Origin: a virus
Lineage: Duplodnaviria; Caudoviricetes
IMG/VR virus record: IMGVR_UViG_2939702853_000005
Span: 1-64,000 of that record
Direction: 5' to 3' (one strand)
DNA: 64,000 bases
Part shown: one piece after another, positions 27,601 through 37,912 of the stretch
Layout of the letters: every line of letters starts with the position of its first letter
How positions within the stretch are numbered: position 1 is the first letter of the stretch
The notes under the pieces: generated by a model
The model's input: the letters and a program-made list of their open reading frames with translations, nothing else
Database searches by the model: none
Told to the model about the DNA's origin: nothing
Translations under genes and position numbers: made by a program

Positions 27601-28106
27601 ATTGCATCTAGTACATTTGTACTTGAGAAGTCAAATGCTCTATAGGTTAACTTGAAATCAGCATCAATGTAGTCGATTTTCCAAGTTGTTGGCGCAAGAA
27701 TTTCATTTAGTATTTGTTCGGCATGATATGATTCTACGGTCAATCCCCGTATTGCAAAACCAACTAGCAGACCAGCAGTAGAAATGCAATTCAATGTACG
27801 AATGTCAGATTCATCTGAGATAGAATCTTCAATGTTTTTAATATAATACCAGTCAACATTGTTTCCACTTACAACCTTGATCAGATATCTTTCTCTAATT
27901 AGGTCAATGTTTTTATTGGGAACTAAACGATGATTGACATCAATGTAAAAAGGGAGGGAAAGCTCTAACTCACTAATATCGTGCCATTGAGTAGTTATTT
28001 TATCGTTAAACGCCTCACTTATTTTGCTTATGATTGTCCTGTCTGGTCTACATAAGAAATACTGAGGTTGAATAGGTTTTAAATTGTAATCAATTTCTCC
28101 AAGCAA
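24651..28106 (-). CDS. Tail-tip/central spike protein (YomG-like, prophage endopeptidase-tail family)
   Basis: Follows the tape measure; VTRLKGFG, TAISADGVIAE motifs; beta-repeat C-terminus. Confidence 0.8.
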   Translation of the reverse strand: MLGEIDYNLKPIQPQYFLCRPDRTIISKISEAFNDKITTQWHDISELELSLPFYIDVNHRLVPNKNIDLIRERYLIKVVSGNNVDWYYIKNIEDSISDESDIRTLNCISTAGLLVGFAIRGLTVESYHAEQILNEILAPTTWKIDYIDADFKLTYRAFDFSSTNVLDAILTVGETYNAITIFNTDKNTISLQKPELTGTNKGLTFSWNKYLKSMTRHSTSEPVVTRLKGFGQDDMTFEKVNPTGQNYVESFQYFMYPFERDANRNVIKHSDFMSDSLCHALLDFEALIESKKTEFNTYLKEQQGYEKQLGLLEVDMDKLVKNEVVVADTKISQQFDTKMFFEKYQHSGSSSRSFKLSSDFGYAVMIKVDDTTGVTVSLNGSSKAVSSNQWRLLGKVRYQDSVSVSINGGNTGVYIQVCNISIDEYDSGTDSKIIERYSLDNKEMQIKQKQAEIDAVKANLTTVSNKISNLRSSFAYDKNFTHEQMMELSESYIITQDYSDSKYIDEQDLYDETMKKFKELLRPQLSMEIDIVNFLEIIEAQYDWKKLNLGDFVNIKYEPTSVDVTARIIKIEYDYEQSNISLTISNVKDVSRMGNEFDKLFQDVRTHGIALDLNKFKYDKAVFDSSEMNKLFENVWNREKERLEMAINETVLLDHTGITIIDDKDPMRYLKLTHGVIGLTRSNGNKWETAISADGVIAEMVLGKLILGERVVIGDTTGVFTIEGSKLTIQDRCKREVVKLGLLEENPDKFGLRFNHYASTDCGNTNVINHVGIDSDSGFFIDQKSGTTYKKTLWTSLDGLLNAQNLRISDSIIADGSIRIGKGNYVFSADMQGIYLGSEQFSASAFRVSPDGIMYANGGVFQDGKLIVGSGNRIVVISAEGLRLGNEDIDAAPAAIYMDGTARFRKIEITKPDGKPLMNSMTGNLFMNNFDIVGAAAIDTDLLAANIVTATEGFVSSLVAGKLSTLTNAALSDWSNYIRIEGNEAKWITGKVSGGGTQKKLADGRPLYWVNSTQSGKMTTEETSWPVLEYKMEEKVKAKFSFDGSGDAATPYIQMGIGDGATEKSGKGFINKPNGSFDFLYGASNTGKERSVSLQDLGIIINSDGGNFIAKANQVSIISNQNEIKISNGKASIVLSADGKITFNGTRYDFM

Positions 28107-28155
28107 TGTATCACCTCTTTAGAATGATGGTGGGGGAGAGGCGATCCCCACCGAT

Positions 28156-31100
28156 TTATAAATTAAAGCCATAATTATTTCCTAAAATACCTCTCTTGGA
28201 TTGTGTCTTAGCGGCATCAATCAATTTGGTTAAGATAGTCGATCCTGAATCCTTATCGTTTGCATGAATTTCTACCTTCTCAATGTGAATACTGTTATCG
28301 CTAGAGGCAGTAGAAGTATTATTGTTTTTAACAATATTGGGGTTAAACGTACTCTTAACCGAATCGACGATGCCGCGGGTTACATCAATGATTTTCAACA
28401 AGTTTCCTGTATCGCTTTTATTTAAGATTAATTCCTTTTGGTGAGCCAATAAGAATTGACCTTCTTTAGGCATATTAGCAGGAGTCATACCGCCAGTTTC
28501 AGCAGAGAACGGTTTGATCTTATTCAGATAGTCATATGACCCATCTGGGAATCCCCATTTAGAACGCATCGCATCATTTTCTTGTTTTAATTGTTTGAAT
28601 TGCGCCTGAAGACTTTTAATCTTATTGGTATCAGGTTTTTTCTCTCTCTGAAGCTGAACTACTTGTTTGGAGATGTTCTCAGCCTTTTGTTTATTAGACA
28701 AATATTTGTCCCAATCACCTTTTTGGCTTGCCTTGTCATCACCTTTACCTGTTCCTGTCCCACCGCCAATTCCTACACTAGAACCGTTGCCTATACCGCT
28801 ATCCAAATTCAAGAAATCATCGAGTCTACCTTGATCCATAGAAAGACTATCTAACATGTTCTGCATTTGCTTGCTTGTTTCTAATGATTGTTCTTGGAGG
28901 AAAGTGAAGAACTTCGAATACTCGCCTTTTAATTCATCAATCACAGATTTAACCTTGGTCTTATCGTCGCTCATAAGATCCTGTTTCATCCTGTAGAAAC
29001 GCTGCTCATCTTCTAAAATATCATCATACTTTTGCTCTGTAAGTTCTTTTTCTCTTTCGATGTTATCAGTAATTGCGTCATGAGTTCGATCTTCAGTATC
29101 TTTGGTCTTATCTAAATACTTCTTACGGTCTTCGAGCTGGTCATTTAAACCTTCTTTACGCAATTCACGCTCACGATCAAGTTTAAACTTGTCGATTTCT
29201 TCATTCTTTGCATCTAGCTGATCGGTTAATTCTTTCCTTTTAGCTTTAGCTTCGTAAGAATTGTTCAACGCAAGCTCATTAATTTTATCTTGAATCTTTT
29301 GACGCTCGTCTAGCTTCTTCTTTAGTTCCTTGTCATAATCATCTGATTCACTTGTCCGATCCAATTCTTGAAGTTGACGTTTAATGATCTCTTCAAATCG
29401 GTCTGATTCTTCCTCAAGATTTTTTAATCGAGCTTCATGCCTTTTATCCTCAGCTTCTTTTTGCTTATCGATAGCCTTTAAAGCCAAATCCTTCTGTTTC
29501 TCAACCATCTTCTTATAAGCCTCAATAATCTTATCAGCAGCAGCAGATTTTATGGAGTAGATCGCATTGTTATACTCAATGTTCTTCAGAGTTAAATCTT
29601 GCAAACGTTTAGACAATTCTTCTTTGTTCTGCAAATTTAACTTTTCATTTTTCAATTGTCTCTCTACAGCTAAAATTTCTTTTTCTGTAGCTACACGTTG
29701 CTCGTTTATCAGCCCAATCTGAGTAATAAGCTCTTGTTGATATGCCTTCGAATTTTCGTCCAACGATTCCATACGAGCCTTAGAAAGAGCTATCTTATCA
29801 GCAGCAGCATTAACCTTCTTCTCATATTCATCAAGATTAGAGACAATAACAGCATAGTATTTTTCCTGTTTCTGTTGTTCAAGCTCCCACCACTTTGTAC
29901 TGTTGGAAGATTTTTGTTTATCAAACTCACCAGCCGTAATCTTATTTTGCTTAACAAGGTTATCCAAGTTGATATTCTGAGATACAAGTTCTTTTTGCTG
30001 CGCTGTTAGCGACTTAATTTGAGCAGATTCCTCTTTTCGCCAGTTTGCTGACACTTGATCATATTTAGCCTGTCTGCCTTGAGATTTAGCAATGTCAACA
30101 TCCAAGGCATCCAACTTGTTCTGGCTCATTGTTACGTAGTTTTCAATATAATCTACACGAGCTTTATAAATGTTATCGTATGCAGTTGTTCTATTTTTCC
30201 GCGCATCTTCTTGAGCCTTATCCATATCAGAAGCAGAAGGGAGAGTGTACTTGTTTTTAGATTTCCCGCCCGTAACAGAAGAAGTGTCGCCATTATAGTA
30301 TCTCAATACGTTGCCTACATAATTTACGTCACCATAAATCTTGCTGCCTAATTTGTTCTTTTGCATGGCAGAGAACTTTTTCATGTTCTCAGCGCTGTAT
30401 CCACCATTTTTATTAAAATAATCCAGTATTCCCGGCCCCATGTTATACATAGCCAAAGCAACGTCCACATTACCCGTTTGATTTAAATACTTAGCAAACA
30501 TTGAAGTTCCAGTCTTAATACTACTTTCAACGCTAGTATTTTTACCAAGGCTACTGACCTGCATAACATTTTTTATACCATTAGCACCATTGGAGGATTC
30601 TTGCTGGATGATGGCTTTGATTAGCGCAGGGTCTACGCCATTAGCTCCAGCATATTTGTTTATCAAGTCGGCGTTTTTACCAGTTACTTTTGTAGATGTA
30701 GAAGTAGAGGGAGACTGAATTTCTGGAATAGCATTTGCACCGGGAACACGTCTTGCTCCACTATATCTAGTAGACCAATACTTGTCGTTCAGATTCCCTT
30801 GCTTTATTCCAGAGTCGCCCATCTGCATAAAGTTACCGTCACCCATGTAGAAACCAACATGAGAATTAGCCTTGCCTTTGATAGTATTGAAGAATACAAG
30901 GTCGCCTTTTTGCAAATCCTTTTTATTGGTTACGGCTTGACCCTGCTTAACTTGTTCTTGAGTAGTTCGGGGCAGTTTAATATCAAGGAACTCTTTAAAC
31001 ATTTGCTGCACAAATAGAGAGCAGTCGGATACAGCAGTAGCTGTAAATTGATCGTAACTAACATTTGATTTAGCAGCTTGACTATATTTGAACGTTTTGG

Positions 31101-34100
31101 ACGAAGACAAGGACAAAGCTTCGGAAATCATCGAATCTAAGCCAGTTCCACCTTTTGTAGTAGTGGTAACTTTAGTAGACACTAACTTAGATGGATCTTT
31201 AATGCCTTCTGTATACAATTCAGCTTGCTTTTCAAGAAGTTTTATTTGTTCCTTTAAAGCCTTGCCGTATTCCTCTGTTCCTTTTTTTAATCGACTCATT
31301 CGACTAGTTTGTGCATCTTGAGCAGCAGCAATCGCTTTAAGCTTCTTCTGAGTTTCGGTTAAAATTTCATTAGTCTCTGACAAAGAATCATTATATTGTT
31401 CATTTTTCTTTGTAGCTTCTTTGCTAACACCTAAGTCAGGATCGCTAAATATACCCAACATTTCTTTGGCTTGTTTGGATTTCTCGTCAAGAGCAGATGT
31501 AAACTTATCTAATTCACTTCGTTGTTCTTCAAGTACTTTTGTTCTAAAAGTTGGAACCTCTTGATCTTTTGAAATTCCTAAAGCATTCTTTAACCCATCT
31601 GTCATAGGTAATTTGCTTTTAGCAATCTCTTCATCTATCTTAACAAGCGCTTTCTTAGCGTCTGCTAGATCCTTTATGCTATTAAGCTCAAGACCATAAG
31701 CGTTAATGTTGCTAATAACAGAGTTAATGTTGTTAATTTCACGCTGCTTTTCGCCTTCTAATGCTTGTTTAACCATTAGGATTTGTGCTTGTCTTAGATT
31801 CTCAATTGCTCCATTTTCAAGAACATAACCATCCTTGACTTTCTTGATACTAGCCGCCAATTGAGGATTTTTCTTTATGAGGTCGGCAACAGTAGCAGCA
31901 CTTAGGTAGCCATTTTTCTGCTGGTCATACATGATTTGATTCAATGTCTTTAATTCAGATGCAGAGTCATCTAATGTCTTATTTAACTTTTCCCTAGATT
32001 CAGAAGCGTCTTCGGTAGCATTGGCAACCTTACCCTCTGTGGCAGCTAATTGATCTGATTTGAGTGTGCTTTCAGCGTATAGGACATTAACATCAGCCAT
32101 GCTGTTTCTTAAGTTAAGAAGTTCTACTTTTAGTTTATCTACTGCTTTTTTTTGTTCTTCGTATTCTTTTACTCTGAATTGATGTACATTAGGCCCTTTT
32201 AAATACAATGCTTTATTATTAAGAGTGGCTTCAGCCTTAGCTATTTCATCTTGCTTGTCTTTAATATCTTGATTAATAGAGTTTTTTTGAGAGATTAAAC
32301 TTTGACGGTTCAATTCTTCTTTTTCAAGTTTTAAAGCCTTCAATACTGCAATTTCTTTATTTGCAGCTTCTTCTGTAAATCCTGCCGCCTTCAGTCTTGC
32401 CAATCCTTCATCACCAATGGTAACAGCTATAGCTTTTGAAATTTCATCTAATTGCTTTTTCGCCTTGCCTTGGGCTATTTCTGATAGAGTACCGCTATTG
32501 ACAACCTTGGTAAGATCATTGTGTGCCTTAATTAATTTAGGAAAGAAGTCGATTTGTCTATCTATTTGACTTATCTGTTGTTCTCTAGCCGAGATATTAT
32601 CTTTAATCTTTTGTGTTTCATCTCTTTGAGCTTTTTCTGCTGTTCCCATTCCAAGTGCTAGGGAGGCTAGTAAACCAATAGCTACAGATATACCCATAGT
32701 TGCTACACTTGTCATAACAGCGGCTCTTGCAGAAGCAGCAGTTTGTGCATTAATTGCTACTGTAGTTGCCTCTGTAGCAACCGTTCTTCCAACTTCGGCG
32801 GTTGTAGCAGTTCTAGAAGTAACTGCATGTGCAGCATTAGCCACTGAACTGGCAGTTACAGCAGTAGTTTCAGAATTCGTAACTACGACTAATCCTTGTC
32901 TCATACCTCTAACAACAGTTAATGAATCAATCACATTTTTTACAGGAGATTTTAAAGCAAGGAAAGCTGCACCCAACCCCACAGTAGCAGCAGTTACACC
33001 GAAAACACTTGAAGGTATCTTTGTTAAACCAATAAACAGTTGATCGGTTATGTCGAGTACAGTTTTAATCATACTTCGCAATCCATCGTTACCAGCAGTA
33101 TTGAATATATCAATGAAAGAGGTTTTTACTTGTGATGCTTTGCGAGAGATAGTATCCATCTGGGTAGTCAAGTACTCTAATGTTGAACCAGTTGAACCGA
33201 TAGAATATGCCGTACCAAGTAGGATATCACCCGGATTTAATGAAGCAGCCAATTTAGCGTATTGATAAACCCCACGGGAAATAGCCGCGTATGATTGAGT
33301 TAAATCATAGTTTTTATCTGTAACAGCAACAGAAAGGTCAAGTAGAATATCTTCAGCCTTACGCCATTGCTCAACACCATTTACAACTTCCTTGGTTTTA
33401 ACACCTAACTTTTCAATTTCACTAACTGCTTTACCTGTACGAATAGTACCCAATACGGTTTTCCACATGTTACCCAAGTTTTCACCAGATAAAGCAGTAT
33501 TACGCATACCCGATGAAATCAAACCGTTCATAAAATCAAAACTAACACCAGTCTCTTGAGCAATTTTACCTGTGCGTTCAAATGCTGCACCCAAGTCTCT
33601 AGCAGGAGCCATAGTTTCGTGCGCTACCTTGCTCCAAGAGTCAAGGATTCGACCTCCATATAGTTGTGCATCATTTGTATTCTTAAGTTGTACACCATAT
33701 TGAGCAAGCACAGATTCCATTGATTTTGTGGCATCTTCAAGACTCACCAGGTCAACTGTTGAAAGCATAGTAGATTGACGCACTAGGGTCTGAACAACAC
33801 CAACATCTTTATACATACGACCCCAGAGACGTGCAGACTCAATTACGTCATTAATAGCAGCGCCTTGATCGTGTGCTGTTTGAATGAATTGTTTAGATTG
33901 ATCATTGACTTTTTGCATGTCTAAAGCGCCGTGTTGCAAGCCTTGGAAGTAATGTTCGTTAGTCTGGATATATCCAGCCATCTTTGTTTCAATATCAACC
34001 ATACCTTTAAATCCTTCTGAAATAGAAGAAAATACAGTACCATACAACGCACCAGCAATTAAATGTGCGCCAATCGACTTGAATGCATGGCTAACCTTAT

Positions 34101-35148
34101 CGCCAAATGACTGAACTTGCGTACTTGCAGTTTTAGCGGAAGACTCTAAATCCCTGAATCCTTGTTGTATCTGTTTGATTTTATTTTTCAAACCAGAATC
34201 ATTAATGTCTAATTTTGAAGCATTGTTCAAAAGAGAAGTCAGATCAGCTTGATTAACTGTTGACCCATATTTAGTATTTAAACGTTTAGCGCTTGCTTCA
34301 GCTTGTTGTTTAAACTCATTCAGATTTTGGAGTTTACTTTGATTGGTTTTCGTTTCAGATATTTCTTGTTGTCGTAGGTTTCTAGTCCACCAATCCGCGT
34401 ATTCTTTTCTAGATTGTTGATTTTTTAAATCAGCGGCTCTTTGTAGTTCAGCATTCTTTTGAATACCCTGCTGTTGATTTGTTGCTAGTTGTCTCTCTGA
34501 ATCTCTAACTCTTTCCATAGACTTAATACGTCCATCATACATCTGATTGACAAGAGACTCTTGATCTTTCAACATTTTAGCATGGTTAATTATCTCGTCG
34601 TACTTCTTTACAGTGCCATTTTGATCAATATTAGCTGTAACTTTTTGTCCAGTTTCTTTATTTTCGTATGTATTTTTATAACCAACTACTTGACCTTTAC
34701 CATTCTTAATAGCTTTCTCGTTTGCTAGATTATAGCCTTTTAACTCAGCTTCCAATTGTTGAATTGACTTTCGTTGTTTATCATATGCTTCAGTCTCTTG
34801 CTGTAACTTCATTCTATGTTCATCAATAACTTTATTGGTCTTGGTAATGATATTGTTGTCGGCTGATCTTAGTTCAGTTATTTTTTCTATGCTTCCATCT
34901 AATCGTTTATATGTAGTTGTAGTTTCACTAACAATCTTATTTTGCTGCTCCATTGCTAAATTTAACTTATTGGCAGCGGATACAAAGCTATTCATAGTTG
35001 CTACAAAACTCTTATCAATATTGATTTTAATATTCAAACTTTGAAGAGAAGGGTGTTTGCTTAGAGCCTTCAATTTTTCATTGATGTTTTTAACACTGGA
35101 ACCCATATTGAGGTCAGCTTGCACTAAAATTTTTAATCTATCAGGCAT
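28156..35148 (-). CDS. Tape measure protein with NlpC/P60 and lytic transglycosylase (SLT) domains (YomI/CwlP-like)
   Basis: 2330 aa coiled coil; tape-measure core; SDCSLFVQ..LQKGDLVFF..HVGFYMG; VDPALIKAIIQQES..ALAMYNMG. Confidence 0.92.
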   Translation of the reverse strand: MPDRLKILVQADLNMGSSVKNINEKLKALSKHPSLQSLNIKINIDKSFVATMNSFVSAANKLNLAMEQQNKIVSETTTTYKRLDGSIEKITELRSADNNIITKTNKVIDEHRMKLQQETEAYDKQRKSIQQLEAELKGYNLANEKAIKNGKGQVVGYKNTYENKETGQKVTANIDQNGTVKKYDEIINHAKMLKDQESLVNQMYDGRIKSMERVRDSERQLATNQQQGIQKNAELQRAADLKNQQSRKEYADWWTRNLRQQEISETKTNQSKLQNLNEFKQQAEASAKRLNTKYGSTVNQADLTSLLNNASKLDINDSGLKNKIKQIQQGFRDLESSAKTASTQVQSFGDKVSHAFKSIGAHLIAGALYGTVFSSISEGFKGMVDIETKMAGYIQTNEHYFQGLQHGALDMQKVNDQSKQFIQTAHDQGAAINDVIESARLWGRMYKDVGVVQTLVRQSTMLSTVDLVSLEDATKSMESVLAQYGVQLKNTNDAQLYGGRILDSWSKVAHETMAPARDLGAAFERTGKIAQETGVSFDFMNGLISSGMRNTALSGENLGNMWKTVLGTIRTGKAVSEIEKLGVKTKEVVNGVEQWRKAEDILLDLSVAVTDKNYDLTQSYAAISRGVYQYAKLAASLNPGDILLGTAYSIGSTGSTLEYLTTQMDTISRKASQVKTSFIDIFNTAGNDGLRSMIKTVLDITDQLFIGLTKIPSSVFGVTAATVGLGAAFLALKSPVKNVIDSLTVVRGMRQGLVVVTNSETTAVTASSVANAAHAVTSRTATTAEVGRTVATEATTVAINAQTAASARAAVMTSVATMGISVAIGLLASLALGMGTAEKAQRDETQKIKDNISAREQQISQIDRQIDFFPKLIKAHNDLTKVVNSGTLSEIAQGKAKKQLDEISKAIAVTIGDEGLARLKAAGFTEEAANKEIAVLKALKLEKEELNRQSLISQKNSINQDIKDKQDEIAKAEATLNNKALYLKGPNVHQFRVKEYEEQKKAVDKLKVELLNLRNSMADVNVLYAESTLKSDQLAATEGKVANATEDASESREKLNKTLDDSASELKTLNQIMYDQQKNGYLSAATVADLIKKNPQLAASIKKVKDGYVLENGAIENLRQAQILMVKQALEGEKQREINNINSVISNINAYGLELNSIKDLADAKKALVKIDEEIAKSKLPMTDGLKNALGISKDQEVPTFRTKVLEEQRSELDKFTSALDEKSKQAKEMLGIFSDPDLGVSKEATKKNEQYNDSLSETNEILTETQKKLKAIAAAQDAQTSRMSRLKKGTEEYGKALKEQIKLLEKQAELYTEGIKDPSKLVSTKVTTTTKGGTGLDSMISEALSLSSSKTFKYSQAAKSNVSYDQFTATAVSDCSLFVQQMFKEFLDIKLPRTTQEQVKQGQAVTNKKDLQKGDLVFFNTIKGKANSHVGFYMGDGNFMQMGDSGIKQGNLNDKYWSTRYSGARRVPGANAIPEIQSPSTSTSTKVTGKNADLINKYAGANGVDPALIKAIIQQESSNGANGIKNVMQVSSLGKNTSVESSIKTGTSMFAKYLNQTGNVDVALAMYNMGPGILDYFNKNGGYSAENMKKFSAMQKNKLGSKIYGDVNYVGNVLRYYNGDTSSVTGGKSKNKYTLPSASDMDKAQEDARKNRTTAYDNIYKARVDYIENYVTMSQNKLDALDVDIAKSQGRQAKYDQVSANWRKEESAQIKSLTAQQKELVSQNINLDNLVKQNKITAGEFDKQKSSNSTKWWELEQQKQEKYYAVIVSNLDEYEKKVNAAADKIALSKARMESLDENSKAYQQELITQIGLINEQRVATEKEILAVERQLKNEKLNLQNKEELSKRLQDLTLKNIEYNNAIYSIKSAAADKIIEAYKKMVEKQKDLALKAIDKQKEAEDKRHEARLKNLEEESDRFEEIIKRQLQELDRTSESDDYDKELKKKLDERQKIQDKINELALNNSYEAKAKRKELTDQLDAKNEEIDKFKLDRERELRKEGLNDQLEDRKKYLDKTKDTEDRTHDAITDNIEREKELTEQKYDDILEDEQRFYRMKQDLMSDDKTKVKSVIDELKGEYSKFFTFLQEQSLETSKQMQNMLDSLSMDQGRLDDFLNLDSGIGNGSSVGIGGGTGTGKGDDKASQKGDWDKYLSNKQKAENISKQVVQLQREKKPDTNKIKSLQAQFKQLKQENDAMRSKWGFPDGSYDYLNKIKPFSAETGGMTPANMPKEGQFLLAHQKELILNKSDTGNLLKIIDVTRGIVDSVKSTFNPNIVKNNNTSTASSDNSIHIEKVEIHANDKDSGSTILTKLIDAAKTQSKRGILGNNYGFNL

Positions 35149-35215
35149 TACGTTTAAGTCACTTCCTTTTTTTACTTTTATAAAATAGAAAAAAGAAGAG
35201 ACTTAATATCTCTTC

Positions 35216-35638
35216 TTACTGTTCATCCTTATATTTAATTTGTTCTACAATTTCACAGAAACGGTCATACCAATCAGCAGCAATACCTTCAAACTCGGTG
35301 GGGCCACGATTAATTACCGATTCTTTGATAGATAGAAGCATCAATTTTCGTTCTTCGGTTTCATCGATAACGATTTCTTCTTTGTGTAAGCTGTGTATTT
35401 CCGACAGACGCTCATTGTTATTTTCAAACGTATACTTACCATCTTCTACAACAGGTTCACCGTCAGAGCCTTTAATGACATAATCCATATTTATATCATT
35501 TGTGTCGTTTAGAAATTCATCGTAGTGTTCTAGAAGGAGCTTCTTAAACTTTACTTTATGTCTACTGTCGGTTCTATCAGTCTTTAATGTATCGAGATAG
35601 GCAATAAAATTTTCAAGTTCAAATTTGTATAGTTTCAT
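35216..35638 (-). CDS. Hypothetical phage protein
   Basis: RBS agggag; open 140-aa frame. Confidence 0.75.
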   Translation of the reverse strand: MKLYKFELENFIAYLDTLKTDRTDSRHKVKFKKLLLEHYDEFLNDTNDINMDYVIKGSDGEPVVEDGKYTFENNNERLSEIHSLHKEEIVIDETEERKLMLLSIKESVINRGPTEFEGIAADWYDRFCEIVEQIKYKDEQ

Positions 35639-35686
35639 TTTGACTCCCTTTAAATTAAGATATGTAGTTGTGATAAAAGGATAGTT

Positions 35687-35860
35687 TTACTTAATCCAAC
35701 ACGTGATGTGGGGTTCCTGCCAGCGCTCTTTATTGAAAAGAAGAGGATTATTAGGATAATGTTTATGAGATGGGAATGTTCTATCAAAAGTAAGAAGATA
35801 AAATGCCGCAATCTCTTCGGATGTACCCTCGACTTTAATACCATTGATTTTAGCTTTCAT
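35687..35860 (-). CDS. Small hypothetical protein
   Basis: RBS aaggagg plus ATG (MKAKINGIKVEGTSEEI). Confidence 0.6.
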   Translation of the reverse strand: MKAKINGIKVEGTSEEIAAFYLLTFDRTFPSHKHYPNNPLLFNKERWQEPHITCWIK

Positions 35861-36896
35861 GTTCAACTCCTCCTTCGTCATCTTTACCAATATGGCTCTT
35901 CAGCTTGCCTAAACTCTTCCATTTACGATCTTTAGCTGTTAAATCGTTGTAGATACGATACATGTCGGCACTCGTCCAACCCATAAGTTCAATAATAAAG
36001 TCTGACTCAAGTCCAATACGAGTTAGGTTTGTAACTAGATAGTGTCGAAGGGAGTGAAAATAGAAGGGGGTCTCCAAAAACTTTTCCCACTTAGTACTCC
36101 AACTTCTAACTGTACCGACCTCTGCTGGCTCACCATCCGATTTAATAAAGAGGAAGTCATGTTCTTTATTGTTCTTCAGCATAATCTTTTCTCGTTCAAC
36201 GATCCAAGCTTGGTAATAAGGCCAGAACTTTTCTTTGAATATGTATTTATATAATAGCTTCCCTTGCTTACCAAAACCTTTAGTCTTAATTTCTTTAGTG
36301 GTTTCTAAGAATAGACCGTCAAAGGCCGTATTATTCTCATCAATAATCGAAGTTGTAAACCTCAGCAATTCAGAAACCCTTGCACCACTGTTTGCAGCCA
36401 AAGCGAGAAGACATGCTTCTTGAGGTTTATTCAAGTCATTACTCAAATGTTTGAGAAGGGCATCAACCTGTTCTTCGAGTAAAATAGTTTTCTCTCGAAC
36501 AGGATTATTCTTAAGGTTGTCAATCGATTTAAGAATAACATTACGGAAATTTGGATATTCATCATCAAAAAAGTTCTCAATAAAATTAGAAAAACTACTT
36601 AAACAAGATTTCATTCTACCGAAACGTTTGGGACTCCATTTAAGTTCTTCAATTGCATAACTAAAGAAATCAGAAAATTCTATCTTTTTAATGTCCACAA
36701 AGAACTTATTATCGTTCTCAAGGAGATTCCAAGTGAAAAATATATTCAAATCACTTTTATATCCCTTGATAGTTCCATCCGAGCATTTCATATTTTTTTC
36801 TTTTATAAAACGATTAATCATTTTAACGTTCTTTGGATTAAACTGTGCAGTTAATTCATCACTGGTGATTACTTTCATGTAAGTTTTTCTTGCCAT
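35850..36896 (-). CDS. Tyrosine recombinase (YomM-like)
   Basis: GARVSELL (R), TKG (K), FHSLRH (HxxR), LMGW (W), RIY (Y). Confidence 0.9.
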   Translation of the reverse strand: MARKTYMKVITSDELTAQFNPKNVKMINRFIKEKNMKCSDGTIKGYKSDLNIFFTWNLLENDNKFFVDIKKIEFSDFFSYAIEELKWSPKRFGRMKSCLSSFSNFIENFFDDEYPNFRNVILKSIDNLKNNPVREKTILLEEQVDALLKHLSNDLNKPQEACLLALAANSGARVSELLRFTTSIIDENNTAFDGLFLETTKEIKTKGFGKQGKLLYKYIFKEKFWPYYQAWIVEREKIMLKNNKEHDFLFIKSDGEPAEVGTVRSWSTKWEKFLETPFYFHSLRHYLVTNLTRIGLESDFIIELMGWTSADMYRIYNDLTAKDRKWKSLGKLKSHIGKDDEGGVEHES

Positions 36897-36999
36897 TCAC
36901 ATCAAATCCTTATGTATTATTAATGAGTATTTAGGTGAACTCATCACGGTATTTTGCAATCATATAAAACACTCCCTATGTTTGTATAAAATAGCTCTT

Positions 37000-37434
37000 T
37001 TACTTAACTTCCACATCGAGTCCTTGTCGTTCCAATCCTCTATGAAGAGCTGCAACATGAGCATTTGTATTATGCAACTCCTCGACAGTCTTTTCGACGA
37101 ATGGGCGAGGACGACCAGAATAAGCGAATTCAAAATCATAACCCTGTCCAGTTTCTACAACTAGGCTAACGTTCTTACTTCCATCCATACGCTGGCTTTC
37201 AATGGATACAGTATCTTGTCCAATCATTTCAACTGCAATATTACGTTCATCGGTGAGACCCCCTTGATCGCGTTGCCTCTCATAGACAGTAGGAGTGTAT
37301 ACATCATAAACATTATCCTCTATGGACTGTTTCAAATTATCTTTAACTGTGTGAGCGACATCAACTTGCAAAGCTGAAGCGATTTTTTGCTTCAATAGTC
37401 TTTCCAATTCAGCAAAATTATTCGCTGTCGGCAT
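37000..37434 (-). CDS. Putative tail-completion (HK97 gp10-like) protein
   Basis: RBS gagg; VYDVYTPTVYER..PRPFVEKT pattern. Confidence 0.65.
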   Translation of the reverse strand: MPTANNFAELERLLKQKIASALQVDVAHTVKDNLKQSIEDNVYDVYTPTVYERQRDQGGLTDERNIAVEMIGQDTVSIESQRMDGSKNVSLVVETGQGYDFEFAYSGRPRPFVEKTVEELHNTNAHVAALHRGLERQGLDVEVK

Positions 37435-37897
37435 CAGAGTTTGCCTCGTTACTATTCGTTTCTTCATTTGCTTTTCTTTCAATCTCAGCAAAATTATCTG
37501 CTATTTCCTTAAAACGCTTCTCTAATTTTTTGACCTGAATCTCAGGTAATTTATTTACTACTTCTACGAAAATGTTTGTGTTCAATAAATTCTCATACAC
37601 CTTAATCAAAGTCTGAAAGTCATTTTTATTAGGAATGGGGAGGTCTGTAAATTCTCGCAACATCAAAGTAGATCCAATTTGTGAAGCAATTTGACTGAAT
37701 GTTAATTCTGTAAGTTGTGATTTTTCAATCCCTTGGACAACTTCTATGAGTCCTGTAAAAATGTTGTTGATTGAACTTTCTTTGAAGTTTTGCTTAATAG
37801 TCACTTCAAATTGACCATCCAGAATGGGATGTGTTTTCGTCTGTTCAAGCTCTTTGCTGAGTTTATTCAATTCTGTAGCTGTTATTTTTTTAGTCAA
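37418..37897 (-). CDS. Putative tail assembly chaperone
   Basis: Position between tail tube and tape measure; LMLREFTDLPIP motif; RBS aaggag. Confidence 0.65.
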   Translation of the reverse strand: MTKKITATELNKLSKELEQTKTHPILDGQFEVTIKQNFKESSINNIFTGLIEVVQGIEKSQLTELTFSQIASQIGSTLMLREFTDLPIPNKNDFQTLIKVYENLLNTNIFVEVVNKLPEIQVKKLEKRFKEIADNFAEIERKANEETNSNEANSDADSE

Positions 37898-37912
37898 TAA
37901 TCACACTCTCCT

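Noticed and set aside
37418-37491. Programmed frameshift joining the tail chaperone to the next ORF
   Set aside because: No XXXYYYZ slippery site seen; the downstream ORF has its own RBS and ATG at 37434
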